A stretch of DNA of 64,000 bases, from positions 6,337,943 through 6,401,942 of the forward strand of contig CAVNZM010000002.1 of NCBI GenBank assembly GCA_963693365.1, read 5' to 3'. This DNA is from Amoebidium appalachense (Eukaryota > Protista > Ichthyosporea). The notes under the pieces are model-generated. The model was not told the origin of the DNA and did not search any database. It was given only the letters and a program-made list of their open reading frames with translations. Below are positions 1 through 24,998 of the stretch, piece by piece. Within the stretch, counting starts at the first letter, position 1, and each line of letters opens with the position of its first letter. The translations under genes and the position numbers were made by a program.

Positions 1-250
1 CTCCCCCCCTCGCCCCCCTTGCGCACCCCCCCCCCCCCCCCCCCACCTCCCCCTCACCCGCTCTCCCCCAAGGGCCTTTCCCCCCCAGCCTGCCCCTCCT
101 TGCCCCGGCTCCCTCTGCCAATCAAACCACCGTCCCTCGCGGAGGCTCCTTTAACCGCCAAAACACAAACCTTCCTCCTCCTTTTTCCTCTATAGCCTTC
201 AGAACACACTCCAGCCACTGTGTGCACTTTCCTAACCCCTTATACACCAG

Positions 251-687
251 ACCATACTGTCTGCCGTCGACGTTATGACGTGCTGCAGTGAGTGCTGGGA
301 CAACCCCGACAAGGGGGGCTGTGAGGGTGGTAGTGCCGAGACCGTCTACAAGTACTGGCGGGACACGGGCATAGTGACGGGGGATAACTACGGCAGTATG
401 ATTGGCTGCCAGCCCTACCCTCTCCCCATCAACCTGATGCATGGCACGGTGCATGTCAAACCTCCCACGTGTTCGAGGACATGCAGCACCAACCATACTG
501 TTAGCTACGAGGAGGACAGGCACTATGCCAGCGAGATCTACGAGCTCAAGCCCCATGACATTGAGGGTGCTATGAGGTAAGGGGGTGGATGAAAGGGGAA
601 GACCTGTGTGCTTTGAAAAACACGCAAATGCTCGCACGGTGCATGCTAGGTGGTTGTAGGGGAAGGGGGTGAGAGAGGGCGGGCGGG

Positions 688-726
<39 letters not shown>

Positions 727-833
727 GGCTTGGGGCTTGGGGTTCGAGTGCACGGATAGTTAGGTGGGCAACAGAGAAAGGTGTGCTTGTTCGAGGGTGG
801 TGGCAGGGAAGGGTGGGTCTGTGTGTGTGTGTG

Positions 834-879
<46 letters not shown>

Positions 880-1538
880 GTTGAGGTGGGGAGGTGCAGA
901 TGCATACAAGAGGCGACATGTTAGGACCAGGGGGGCGGGGGGGTCACTCGTGGAAGGATAATGTGGGGCTATATTAGTGTTCCATGGATGGGTTGATAAT
1001 GGCTCATAGTAGTGCATATGTGTGTGCATACGTTTGTGGCCGTGCTCAGGCGGGCCGATGCACATTAGGTACTACCCACAGTTTACAAGCAGGTGTGCGC
1101 TACTGCGCTTGAATACGTGTTGCATAATCTTACGCTGTATATAAATCGCCCGGTTCCGTTTAGCTCAGTAGTGCTGACTTCAGCAGTGCATACATCTTGC
1201 GGGTAAGGCTGCTTTCCTACCGTCATCCACAATACAAACTCTAACAGTAACTGATGTCCAGAGAGATCATGACCAACGGCCCCATCACTGCACACTTCAC
1301 CGTTTACAACGACTTCCCAGCCTACAACGGTGGTATCTACGTGGTCACAGACCAGAAAGTCCTAGGGGGTCACTTTGTGGAGATTATTGGCTGGGGTACA
1401 GAGAATGGGACCGATTATTGGACGATAAGGAACAGCTGGAACAAGAGGTGGGGAGAGCATGGCTACTTCAGGGTTAGAAGGGGCACCGCTGAGAGCGGGT
1501 TTGAGAAGAGGTGGATGGCTGGCATTCCCAAGGTGTAG
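251..1538 (+). CDS. Cathepsin B-like papain-family (C1A) cysteine protease, last two exons (251-576, 1262-1538); 5' exons lie upstream of the window
   Basis: Spliced translation TILSAVDVMTCC...GGCEGG...GIVTGDNYGSMIGCQPYP...AMR/EIMTNGPITAHFTVYNDFPAYNGGIY...GGHFVEIIGWGTENGTDYWTIRNSWNKRWGEHGYFRVRRG. Catalytic His (GGH) and Asn (NSW) are present. Canonical CAG acceptors at 250 and 1261, AG|GTAAG donor at 576/577, AATAAA at ~1756. Confidence 0.93.
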
Positions 1539-2333
1539 AGTTCCCTTAGTTTGGAAGAACGTGAGCATAACTTAGATTGTTGTACAGTTCCTTATCTTGG
1601 AGGATGACGAGCAAGTTGCGAAGTTCCATCAAATGACGAGCATGTTGCAAGTTCCATCAACGAATGGAGCACTGTATATTTCTCGGATTAAAATCCGGCC
1701 GGCTTCAACGGTCCTGGTGACTGTTATACCGGGAGAAGGCTACCTCTATCTGTGAATAAAGATATGACAAAGGACAAATAGTGCTTACTGATTCTGAAGG
1801 AACCAGATTTTCTCTGGCTTTAGGGCAATTGCACAGGGCACACCCCGGCATTCCCTAGAAGAAGGGCTACCTCAACGAGAAAAGTGGTAGAAGGCAATGA
1901 AGAGTGGCCTGGTGCCCATCGACCTACGTAGCTTTAGCTCGAGGTTTTCGTTTCTCGGCCTTTTCCTTTTTAACCCACCGTGGCCCCCACCGTGGCCCCT
2001 TTCAGTGGAAAATGATAGCGTAGGCCCAATCAAACAACGGCGGCACCAAGTATGTAATGTGCAGTGCGCAGTGCTACCACCTACTGAGGCGGTGTCTCCT
2101 TTCCTTTTTTTTTTTTTTTCTTTTTTTTTTCTTTTTTTGCAAAAAGGGACTGAAGTAGATGTATAACGTCGCACGTGCGGCAACACGTCAGTACGTGTTA
2201 GGTGCGCACCCGGGCCGGCGGTAGCCCGGCAACAGTTGCCTCCTACTTGCATTTTACTTTGGAGGATTTGTAAACTTAGGTTACAATAGTCGACTTGAAC
2301 CAGCAGTAAAACTTGCTGACGTAGGCTGTAAAT

Positions 2334-4054
2334 ATGCTCTTGCGAAATTTCTCCCAACTGCCTCGCTTCCCTCGGCGCCCCCTTATCCTCGCATCCCACA
2401 CCTACTTCAGCACCCGTAGGCACTTTGAGATTCCGAACATGGCAGATCACAACCCTACCATCCCAGCAACCCAGTCAACGATTCCGTTACTGTGCATGCT
2501 ACGTGGGCACACCGCACACCCGCACAGACACAGGAGCATTCAGAGTTTTTGGAGTCACGGCACGGCACACGCTGTTTCGACACCACCCGACCAGTTCCTT
2601 CGCAACTGCTGCGACGGGCCATTGAGGTGGCCACCAACAGCACCAGCTCGCAGAACAACCAACCATGGAACCTCATTGTTCTGACGGTGAGAGAAAAGCT
2701 ACCCCATGCATACTCATCCACACACCAACGCATGTCTGCTTGCATCTCTACACACACACAAACACACAGGATCCTGCCTTGGAGTTTTATCCGCTTTCCC
2801 AAGCGCTTGCTCTCCCTTTCTCTCTCTTTTTATTGTTCCCATCTCCTCCCCGCTCTCCCCTCCTCCCCACCCCCCCTCCCCCTTTTTTTTTGAACAGCCT
2901 CCCCCCCCCCCCCCCCCCTTCCCCCCCCCCTTTCTCCTCCTCCTTTTCCCTTCTTCGGCTGCTAGCATGTAACTGTGCCCACCCCATGGAACCACCATTG
3001 ACAAGTAGATTTAAGGTTACAGGTAGCTTCATATCTGGGCTGCGAGTTTTGCATGCACACTCTAGATCTACGAGCGCGCACCTGCTCCCAATATGGCTGT
3101 TGTTTGAAATGGGAAAATCTTTTTGGTGCTTGTTGGACTTGTCTGTGTGTGCCGCATACTTTAGTTTGAGAATATGCAGCATTGGCTTGCCAACCCTGCA
3201 CTTCCGTTTTGAATGGCTCCCGCGCCTGCTTCCCCGCTGTGTGTGTCACTTAAACCCTACCCTTTAGCCCGTCCAGTTTCCCAGCTGGCCTTTGGTTGGG
3301 TATAGAAGTTGTGCTGACTGTGTAGTAAGGTGCTGACGCTTCTGATTTTTCCACGTGCGTACAAGTCAAGATGTGGCTTATTCTCCTGTAGGCAAAGAAA
3401 TATTCGCCGATGGTTTTGCTCCTTTACCTTCAATATGGTGACTAAGAGGACTAAACGGGAGAGTGAGGGGCCCATCCAGGAAACCTCTCAGACGGAGGGT
3501 TTCAGTTGGGGGAGCACAGTGTGGATATGGAGCACGGGTTCTTTGTGAGGGGGGGGGGGGGGGGGGGGGGGGGGGGTGCAAAAGGTCATGGGAAAGAGCA
3601 GAAAATGTAAGGAAGTAGATATATAAGCACATCACCTATTCGTTGTCTGCCTGTTGTGTTGTGCTTTACACCTGCTGCAAATCATCATTGTTTAAGTGAA
3701 GGCCCGGGGGGGGGAGGGGGTAGAGGGGGGGGGGGGGGGGGGGGGGGAGGCTTTCGGGCCGGGGGGGAATTTGTTACATAGCTTCAAGCTGGGTGAATTT
3801 GAAATTTTCTGTCATCATGAATCAATAATTCTACCCCCCCCCCCCCCCCCCTTTTCCATCCCCCATCATAAAAGGCACACCCTCAACACCCAGCCAATCC
3901 CTCCCACATTTCCCAATCAAGAAGACCAACCAAAGACACACGAAACAAGCACTTACATGTGCAGACATGTGTCTCCATGCGCGCACACAGGCTCACACAT
4001 ACACTCTGCATACAGGAAAATTTGCATGTTTACCCACAAGTGCACCTGTGGGCG

Positions 4055-4086
<32 letters not shown>

Positions 4087-4475
4087 CAGATCCCCCCCCT
4101 TTTCCCCTATCCTCACCTGTCGGCTTCCACACACATACACAAAATCCCCCCCCCCCCTTCCTCCTCCTCCCCACCCGCTCCACCACCAAATCCGTGAATC
4201 TGATCCACAATAACTTTACACAGGGTAAAGAACGCGGCGCGCTATCAGAAGCGCTCCTCAAAGTGTTTGACGAATACAACGACACAGTCAACAAAGGGGC
4301 AGACTACAAAAATAAACCCAACCCCTTGCCCCCCCGCATGAAGGAACAGATAGACGCATACGGTAGGGGCCACTACGAAGACTATTTGGGATATGAGGGG
4401 CCCAAGAGATTTGGAGGTAGACCAGTTTACGGAATGGAGGGGGAGGATGGGGAGTCTAAAAATGGGGCCAAGTGA
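2334..4475 (+). CDS. Nitroreductase-family flavoprotein (NfnB/PnbA-like N-terminal half) with an Arg/Ser/Leu-rich leader; appears C-terminally truncated. Exons ~2334-2415, 2475 (or 2544)-2686, 4224-4475
   Basis: EFLESRHGTRCFDTTRPVPSQLLRRAIEVATNSTSSQNNQPWNLIVLT matches the nitroreductase RxSxRxF...APSxxNxQPW signature. ACG|GTGAGA donor at 2686 joins in phase to CAG|GKERGALSEALLKVF at 4224. The first intron boundaries are uncertain. Confidence 0.72.
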
Positions 4476-4754
4476 TTGAAACCAAAAGTGAATGCTGATA
4501 AGATGTATTAGTTAATGTACTAATAATATTAGTGCTTTCCGATGAATGAAAGTATCATTGAAATAGGTATACATATGCAACTAGTAGAGTAATACACAGA
4601 CTTGGCAAACAAGAGATGTTTACAAGTTGAATAAAGTCAGTGCACGAAGATTTTGCAAACACAAACGTTTAAGTACAAGGCATGCACATTTACACCACTC
4701 TTGCTGCAGCTGCAACATGATGGGACATTTGATACCCACTGCCAAATGTGTATA

Positions 4755-4787
<33 letters not shown>

Positions 4788-5163
4788 GTCATGCACACAC
4801 ACTACTGGCTCACCACACACACACACACCAACACAAACACACACACCCAGTGTGCACACACTTGTACCGTGCACACCTGGTCGTTCAGGCTCGAAGTGAG
4901 CCATCACAACCACTCAAGGTGGCCGTTGTCTTTTTTTCTTCGATTTCTTCTGCACACGACAGTGAAATGCTCTTCCGTGCACGTTAAAATATTATACATA
5001 ACCACACCGTAGCTGCATTTATTTATAACGCACATGCGGGTGTAAACATGCGACATGCACACGCAATCAATTGCAATACAACATTTTTAACTTTAATCCG
5101 CGGTGCACGTGCACTTGCCGTAGAGCCTAGGCTAGATGCTGTGTACACATGTGTGGCCCCCGG

Positions 5164-5222
<59 letters not shown>

Positions 5223-6824
5223 ACCCACACGTACCGTGCCACCACCATTCACACACACTGGCAAACACACGCATACAGTGCCCATCACACACACGAACAC
5301 ATGCACACACCCACACACATATGTGCACACACACACTGTGACTCACACATGTGCACACTGTCTCCGCCAATTAAAGTATTCCCCCATTAGCACTTTCCTT
5401 GGCGGCAGTGGTGCTGGTAGAGCTGGATGGCGGTGGTGGTCCCCCCCTTCCCCCCCACCACTTCGCAGGCAGAATCCGCGAAAGCACAGTCTTGTAGCAA
5501 TAAAAGTCGCACAAAATCATGGCACCTTAATGTACGTTTCACACATGTGTTGGTTGTTTGGAAAAGATATACCTTTCATTGAATACGTAGTTTTATTTTG
5601 GCAATGCTTTTTCGTTGTTCTTTTGTTTTGGTTTGATTTCTTAGACTAAGACTTCAGAGGCTGGACTGAGTTATTGTGCGCTAATTTTTACGCCGTATTA
5701 TATTTGTAGTGTCGATGGGCGTTCGCACTATTATAAGTACACACACGACCCGTCCGGCCCACCCTCCCGTCAGGCTGACTCCCGAATCCCCTCCCCCCCC
5801 CCACACACACACCGTACATACACAGTATGCGCACACACTCACACTTTGACTTACACACAGACATAGACATATCACACAGTCAGTACACACATGCACATCC
5901 ACACAGTTGAAACACATGCATGGTAAGCCTGGCACGTCCCTAGACTGTGCGCATGCCCTCGCCGCCGTACGATTGAATCGGCTCTGATGGGCAGGAGGGG
6001 CGGCACGTGATCCGGTTCGCTCTCACGGTGACTCACTCCGGAAAATAAGAGCTACCTCACAGCTGGCAAGGCAGTTGATACTAAAAACACACGTACACAC
6101 AGGCCCTGCATATCCAAAAGGCTGCAGCACAGGGTAATTTAAATTGGGGGGGGGGGGGGAGGGTCAATTGTGCTGGGCTGCAGCTGGAGGTTGCAGAGTT
6201 CTGATTCTTGCTTTCCAGGGCGAAAATCCACGTATTAGGATCACACACAGCCTCAGATGCAACACAAGGCAGCTGTATGTACTTGCAAATGCAATGCATC
6301 AGAAAAAGAAAACATCACAAAAATCGGCGCGCCGGAAACCAGTAACACACACAAATGAATGTGTGGACTGGAAAGTTGGAAAGCTGGGCAATGCCGTACA
6401 CAGCAGCCTGGGGTCCGTAGTAAACAGCATCCACTGTGACACTACCCGCTCATGTATATGCCTTGTAGAATGCGTACACACGTACGTGCATCTGGATTGC
6501 GGAAACCATTCTCTCACGGGCACATGCAGTGCAAAAAACATAAAAACACGTGTAAATGCAGTGTGAAATCCATACACACATACACACGTGAATGCAACGT
6601 TGAATCCGTTCACAAACACATGTAAAATGCTTGTGTGCAAAGGGAGAGCTATCACGCACATTTGTGTTTGTGCAGCACGGAAAAATCCGTGCATATCCCT
6701 CCCCCCCCTTCCCCCAGCCACCCACCCATTGATGTGTACACCTCCGCCAGCAGTGCATACCGGCCATGTTTTTGACAGCAAATCATGTGTGTGCGCGTAG
6801 TAATAGCACCATCTAGGCGCATGT

Positions 6825-9506
6825 TTACTCGTCCTTGGTGAACTTGAGGGTGGCACCACCGCGCAGACGACCAGTGCGGCGGGCGGCAATAAGACCGACC
6901 TTGGCACCGGCGGGGGTGTCGCGGCGCACCGTGGAGGGCGTACCGATGTGCTGGTGGTTACCACCACCGTGCGGGTGCTCCACGGGCTGTAACATACAGG
7001 TGGTCAGCGTGTGCTTGTAATAAGAATGAGATGTGGGGAATGGAAGGGTGGGTGGGTGGCTGCTCAGGGGATAAGGTCTCATCCAGGAGGTGACTCCGTT
7101 ATGAATAATTCTAGAGCATAATTACCATCATGGCAGCCAGTAATTGGGAGGAACGTGCATGCAGTGGTGTGGAATAAAGTGTGTACAACTTGGAGCATGC
7201 AGCAAAACGAACTTGTGTGTGCATGTGTATGCTTTGTACGAGGCTCCACGTGTAGTATGGGTGCAGTGCACATCTAAATGCGCGTGCATGCGTGTCGTAT
7301 GCGCATGCAAGCAATGCAGTGTGCACCAGACTGCACACAGATGGGGGGGGGGGGGGGGGGGGGGGGTCACGTACGTTCATGGCCACACCACGCACGCGAG
7401 GCCAGCTGTTGCGCTTGACCTTGTACTTGTGGTAGGCCACGCCGGCCTTGAGCATGGGCTTGTCCATGCGGCCACCACCGGCAACAATGCCGACCGTGGC
7501 GCGGCTGTCAGACGGCACCACCTTCTTGGCGCCGGACGGCAGGCGGAGGCGCGTCTTGCCGTTGTCGCGGTTGTGCGACACCACGGTGCAGTAGTTGCCT
7601 GCATGTGGACACAGTCAGCAATATGCTTCACTACTGTGCAACAGCCTCCATACCAACGCAACACACCCGTGCCACTCTGCATACTCAAAACCATGCCAGA
7701 AACATAGCAGCAGCCCTACTCCCTCACCCCAAAAACCCACAAGCACAACCCTCAGAGCTGTTCCATTGTCGGGTGCAGGCGATGCATGCCGTGTCCCATT
7801 AGCCCGTAGACTCATACATTCAGCAGCATATGCACAAGCGCGAACCAACACCTGCCAAGACGGCCATTTCTTGCAGTTGTCAGCCCTAGTCGAGCAAATG
7901 AATTGGTTGTGTGACTTCGGAAGTACAACGCATGCAGGAAAAAAAGGTTGCAAACAGGTGGTCATGCACGTAGCATCGTATATAATGCACACACTCAGGC
8001 ACGATTGGCCAATTCTGTGGTGACTACACAACACCCACGAAGATCACCTACCGGAGGTGCGGGCGAGGGAGCCACGGTCGCCGACCTTCTCCTCCACGTT
8101 GCACACAATGGTACCCTCGGGCATCTGGCCCAGGGGCAGCACGTTGCCGATGGTAAGAGTGGCTGCACACACCAACGTCAGCACACGATCAACTTGCCTA
8201 TACCACCCAACAGAAAAACAACCTAATCTTAACATCGATGCCAGCTCGAGATGCGAGAGACCAACTGGGGGATGTGCATCGGCTCCCACATTCTTCTGGA
8301 CCACCAACTACCAACCTCGACAAACTTGGAAAAAATCTAACTACACAGTGTCCCGTCTGGAAACGTGTGAAGAAGGACCTAGCAATGAGCGCCTTTGATT
8401 ACGAGATTGGTTGGTCATCCGACCACATGTCGCACAGCAAGGTCATCCCACACTCATCCCAACGGCCCCACTGTCTCGACACCCTGTAGTCACCTGCACC
8501 TGCACCCAGGCCACCTACCCTTCTTGCCGCAGTAGATGAACTGGCCAGTGTAGACACCCTCGGGAGCGATGAACAGCTCCTTCTTCAGGCGGTACTTGTA
8601 CGGGTCACGGAACACAACCCGGGCAAGGGGAGCACCACGGCCGGGGTCGTGGATGATCTCCTTCACCAAACCCTACACCCCCACGTGCTTAGCAACAGAC
8701 CCAACAGGCAACACCACGACCAAACGCCGCCTGTTACTCTGATGATGCCGTTTGTCATCATTTCCTGTCGATGTTGCAGACTGCATGCATCCGTCGGGGT
8801 TGCATGCTAACAGTTCACACGGTCTGGTTGTCTCTTGCAAAAATAAAAAGAAATCGGACACGGAGATCCCGACAGGATTACACTCAGGATAAAAGTAAAT
8901 GCGCTGACGTGTCAAGGTAGCAGAGCAAGGCCGAAACCAGCAAACCCAGCTTGGTTCAAGTAGTCCTGCACACCCGTGTACGGTCATGCCGACGACAGAG
9001 TCGTATGCTCGGTTGACGCTTGTCACCTAACACGAATTTCCGTGGAAAAGACCGCTCTCAGAAGCTTTCGAACCCGGAAAAAAAATCGAATGATTTGTCC
9101 ACTTGCTGAGTGAGAGAGAGAACAAGAGACACTAGCTGTCCCATATCTGTACGTGTAACTGCCTCTCTACCGTGGCCGGTAATGGCGACGTCCGTTCTCA
9201 CTGTGCTGCAGAAAACGGTATGTAGCAAGACGTATTATGCCTGCTTGTCGAACAGCATACTTGCTGACGTTGTCCGAATTCTTAGGTATGTTTTGCTGTT
9301 GGCATGCTATACCCCATATAAACGTGGTTTACTAACACCCCCCCCCCACACACACACACACAAGAATGCCGAGAACACACCTTGATGTAACCATGGCGCT
9401 CAGCAAAGTCGATGTGGCGAAGCTTAGGGGCACCCTTGCGGTGCTTGGTGTGTGACTTGAACACACTCCCAGCACCCTTACGTTGACTGCGAATGACGCG
9501 CCCCAT
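6825..9506 (-). CDS. RPL8: 60S ribosomal protein L8 (uL2), 258 aa; coding exons 9506-9381, 8672-8519, 8162-8052, 7598-7375, 6986-6825
   Basis: [16 protein letters not shown]...[12 protein letters not shown]...[17 protein letters not shown]...[25 protein letters not shown]. All four introns are GT-AG and in phase; exon total 777 nt. Confidence 0.98.
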
Positions 9507-10021
9507 TCTGTAGCCCCATCCCTCAGTGTCAGACAACTATGAAAAAATACAGAAGAGCCTGTGCAATATGGCCCAGGTATACACAGGTGTTTTTTTCCAA
9601 AGGCCAATTTCGGGAGGCAGTCATGCGCGGGTCGTGCATAAGAAGATCTCTGTTCAGGAGACATGTCATTGCTGGAATCTGCTGTCTGCTGCTAAATACA
9701 GCAACTGGAGTGACCAACGATGCTTTCTAACGTATCAAATGTAACATGGGTAGGAGATAAGCTCTGGATGGTGCCGGTTAATCGTTGATGGGCGCTGGAT
9801 TCACGACGGAGTCCCCGCGATATTACTCTGTAAACTGCCGATTTTTCTCTCCCTTCCTCACTCTATCGGTAATAAACGAGAGGATATTATATTCGCATCG
9901 TCTCGCTGAATTGAAAAGAAAAAATTCCTCTATAAAAATTAGTAGCCTAGGCTAAGGATTGTATCGGATTGCCTTAGATTGCTGATAATTCGGCTCAGAG
10001 GAGCCTGGAGAGAACGCTAAC

Positions 10022-10060
10022 CTTGGTTGCTCCTGGCCAGGAGAAGAGAACTGCACCGGC
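10022..10060 (-). promoter_or_regulatory. Probable non-coding first exon of RPL8 starting with a 5'TOP-like pyrimidine tract
   Basis: Minus strand reads TTCTCTTCTCCTGGCCAGGAGCAACCAAG|GTTAGC, and a CTACAG acceptor sits 1 nt before the RPL8 ATG. A CCAAT-type motif lies at ~10120. 5'TOP tracts are typical of ribosomal protein mRNAs. Confidence 0.55.
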
Positions 10061-10906
10061 GGCACTCGTGTCCTTTGTGGACGCGCTGTGTGCACACAGA
10101 GCGCCGGCAGCAAGCCGCTGATTGGCTGGCACTAAATGCGGAATTCCAATGAAATGCGTGATTATAATGACAGCAGGTGACACGAAATCTGAAACGCTGC
10201 CTGTGCGCATGCTTGTTATTATTATTTTTCTTTTCTTTTTTTTCACCAAAGATGAAAAATTCTTGAGATAATGTTTTTATAGATTTATTTTTTTTGTCTT
10301 TAGTTGAGAAATCCTGATATATTATCACGCACACCTTATCGGCCCTTGGATGACGTAACGTGACACTTCAAGTCGTTTTGCGTAAATTTCATTAGCTGTC
10401 TGGTTACTGACCTTTGGCCAAGATCCCCGTGACCTGCTACAAGCCTAAACAATCATATAAAGAACGATATCAACTGTATATTTTACTGTTAATACGCCAA
10501 TTAGTTCCCTTTTTCCTTGAAATAAACAGCTATTCCAACGTTGCACAGGAGTAAACAGGGTGCATGTTCATGATCGAAATACCAAAGGTCCAGGACCTAT
10601 GCTATTGGCCAGCCACGCACCCTCGTCTTGCGTTTATTGGTTGCCTTCCCACAGCGGGATGATGCTGTCTGTAGTCTCTGTGTTTGAGAGACGTCTACTT
10701 GTTTCACCTTTAGCTTGAACCTGCGAGTTTTGCTTTCAGGTTGATGCAATTGTGGTTAAACTCTCGCTTATTACCACTCACCTAGAACGTAACTTCTACG
10801 GGTTTTTCTACCACAGTAGTTCATCTACGCATCTGGGCAGCCAGAGTTCTCATTGTGTGTCTGTAAGCTACAGTCTTAGGAGTGCTATCATCCTCATTCA
10901 GCAACA

Positions 10907-23466
<12,560 letters not shown>

Positions 23467-23498
23467 CACCACACACGTGTGTCTATGTGTGTGTGTGT

Positions 23499-23543
<45 letters not shown>

Positions 23544-24105
23544 CGCACACAGAGGTTAAAGCCTTTAAAGGCTTTCGGATGGAACTGAATAAGAAGTGAG
23601 GATGCACCCACGGTTTGGGCTGTGTGGAGGTGCTGTACTGCTAAGTTTGATTTCAGTTGTACGTCTTGCTGCTTTTAGGGCAGGTTCATACAGTATCTAG
23701 CATGAAAATTATGGTGATTGTAACAATAAACAAGCCTTTCGAGCTGTCTGTGTTTCTATATATCATACCCGCCCCCCCCCCCCCCCCCCCCCCCCGCCCT
23801 CTCCTCACCCCTTTATCCCCCTCCACTTCCCCCCGGACTTCGGAAAGAAAGAAATAAAGCAAAAGAAAAGGAAGATGGTAGACAAGGCGAAGAAGAAGAA
23901 GAAAAACTAGATGGGCCTATGAGGAGGAAGAAAGAAAGAGGAGGAAAGGCGAAAGTCGGTTGGCGTGTGTGTGTGTGTGTGTGTAAATGTGTGGGCTTCT
24001 GTGTATATCCGTGGGTGTGTACGTGCAACATATGTGTGTCTGGCGGCCTTTGTGTGTTGTGTGATTATCGTTCGAATACTTATGTGTGCAGCAGGTGTGC
24101 CCCTG

Positions 24106-24205
<100 letters not shown>

Positions 24206-24657
24206 AGGACGTGTATGTGTGTGCGTGGGCAGGGGAAGGGGGGAGGGAGGAGTGGGGGAGACATGAATAACAAGGTGTGTGTGTGTGTGTGTGTGTGTGT
24301 GCAAGTGTGCGTGTGTGCGTCTCTGTTTGCGCACACTCGCACAGTGTGTGTGGGCGTGATCACACGCAGAATATGTGTTTGTATGTGCGTGTGCCAGCGT
24401 GTCGTCTGTGGGCGTGTGAGTTTATGTGTCTCTGTGCGTGACACGCACAGAGACACATAGAGGCAATCTTTGTGGTTTACACGTGTGTGGTACGGAAATA
24501 AGCCTTTACTAGTATAGCAGGATGGAAGGGGAAATGGAGAAGGCAACGATGAATGCTAAGTTGAGGCGCATGGGACTGCTCCCCCCCCCCCTCCTCCCTC
24601 CCCCCCCCCCCCCTTCCCCGGGGAGGAGGGGGACGGGAGGGGGCGAGGGGAAGGGTA

Positions 24658-24713
<56 letters not shown>

Positions 24714-24998
24714 GGGGGGGGGGGGGGGGAGGGGGGGGGGGGAGGCAGGGGGGGGGGGGGGGGGGGGGGGGGGAGGGGAGGGATTTTCTAGGGGAAGCAC
24801 TCGGTCAATCAATATAGTTTGTGCACCAGTGCACATGGTTTTTATTTAGTCACTGTGATACAATCTGCTCACGCTATCTACACCTACTTATGGATGTACA
24901 ATAACGTTAACCATCCACCATAATCCAAGTATAATATACACTGGTTAATCGTTCTATTCTATTTACAGGTCTTAAATCCCACAGTGATCTCTAAGCAC

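Noticed and set aside
1605-1660. 28-bp tandem duplication in the cathepsin 3' UTR
   Set aside because: Ordinary slippage duplication with no further structure.
8740-8770. C-box-like ATGATGA in RPL8 intron 1 (possible snoRNA)
   Set aside because: No downstream CTGA D box or terminal stem within the intron.
23558-23575. 18-bp perfect palindrome AAAGCCTTTAAAGGCTTT in the CH-LIM 3' region
   Set aside because: Isolated, AT-rich and single-copy; nothing supports a function.
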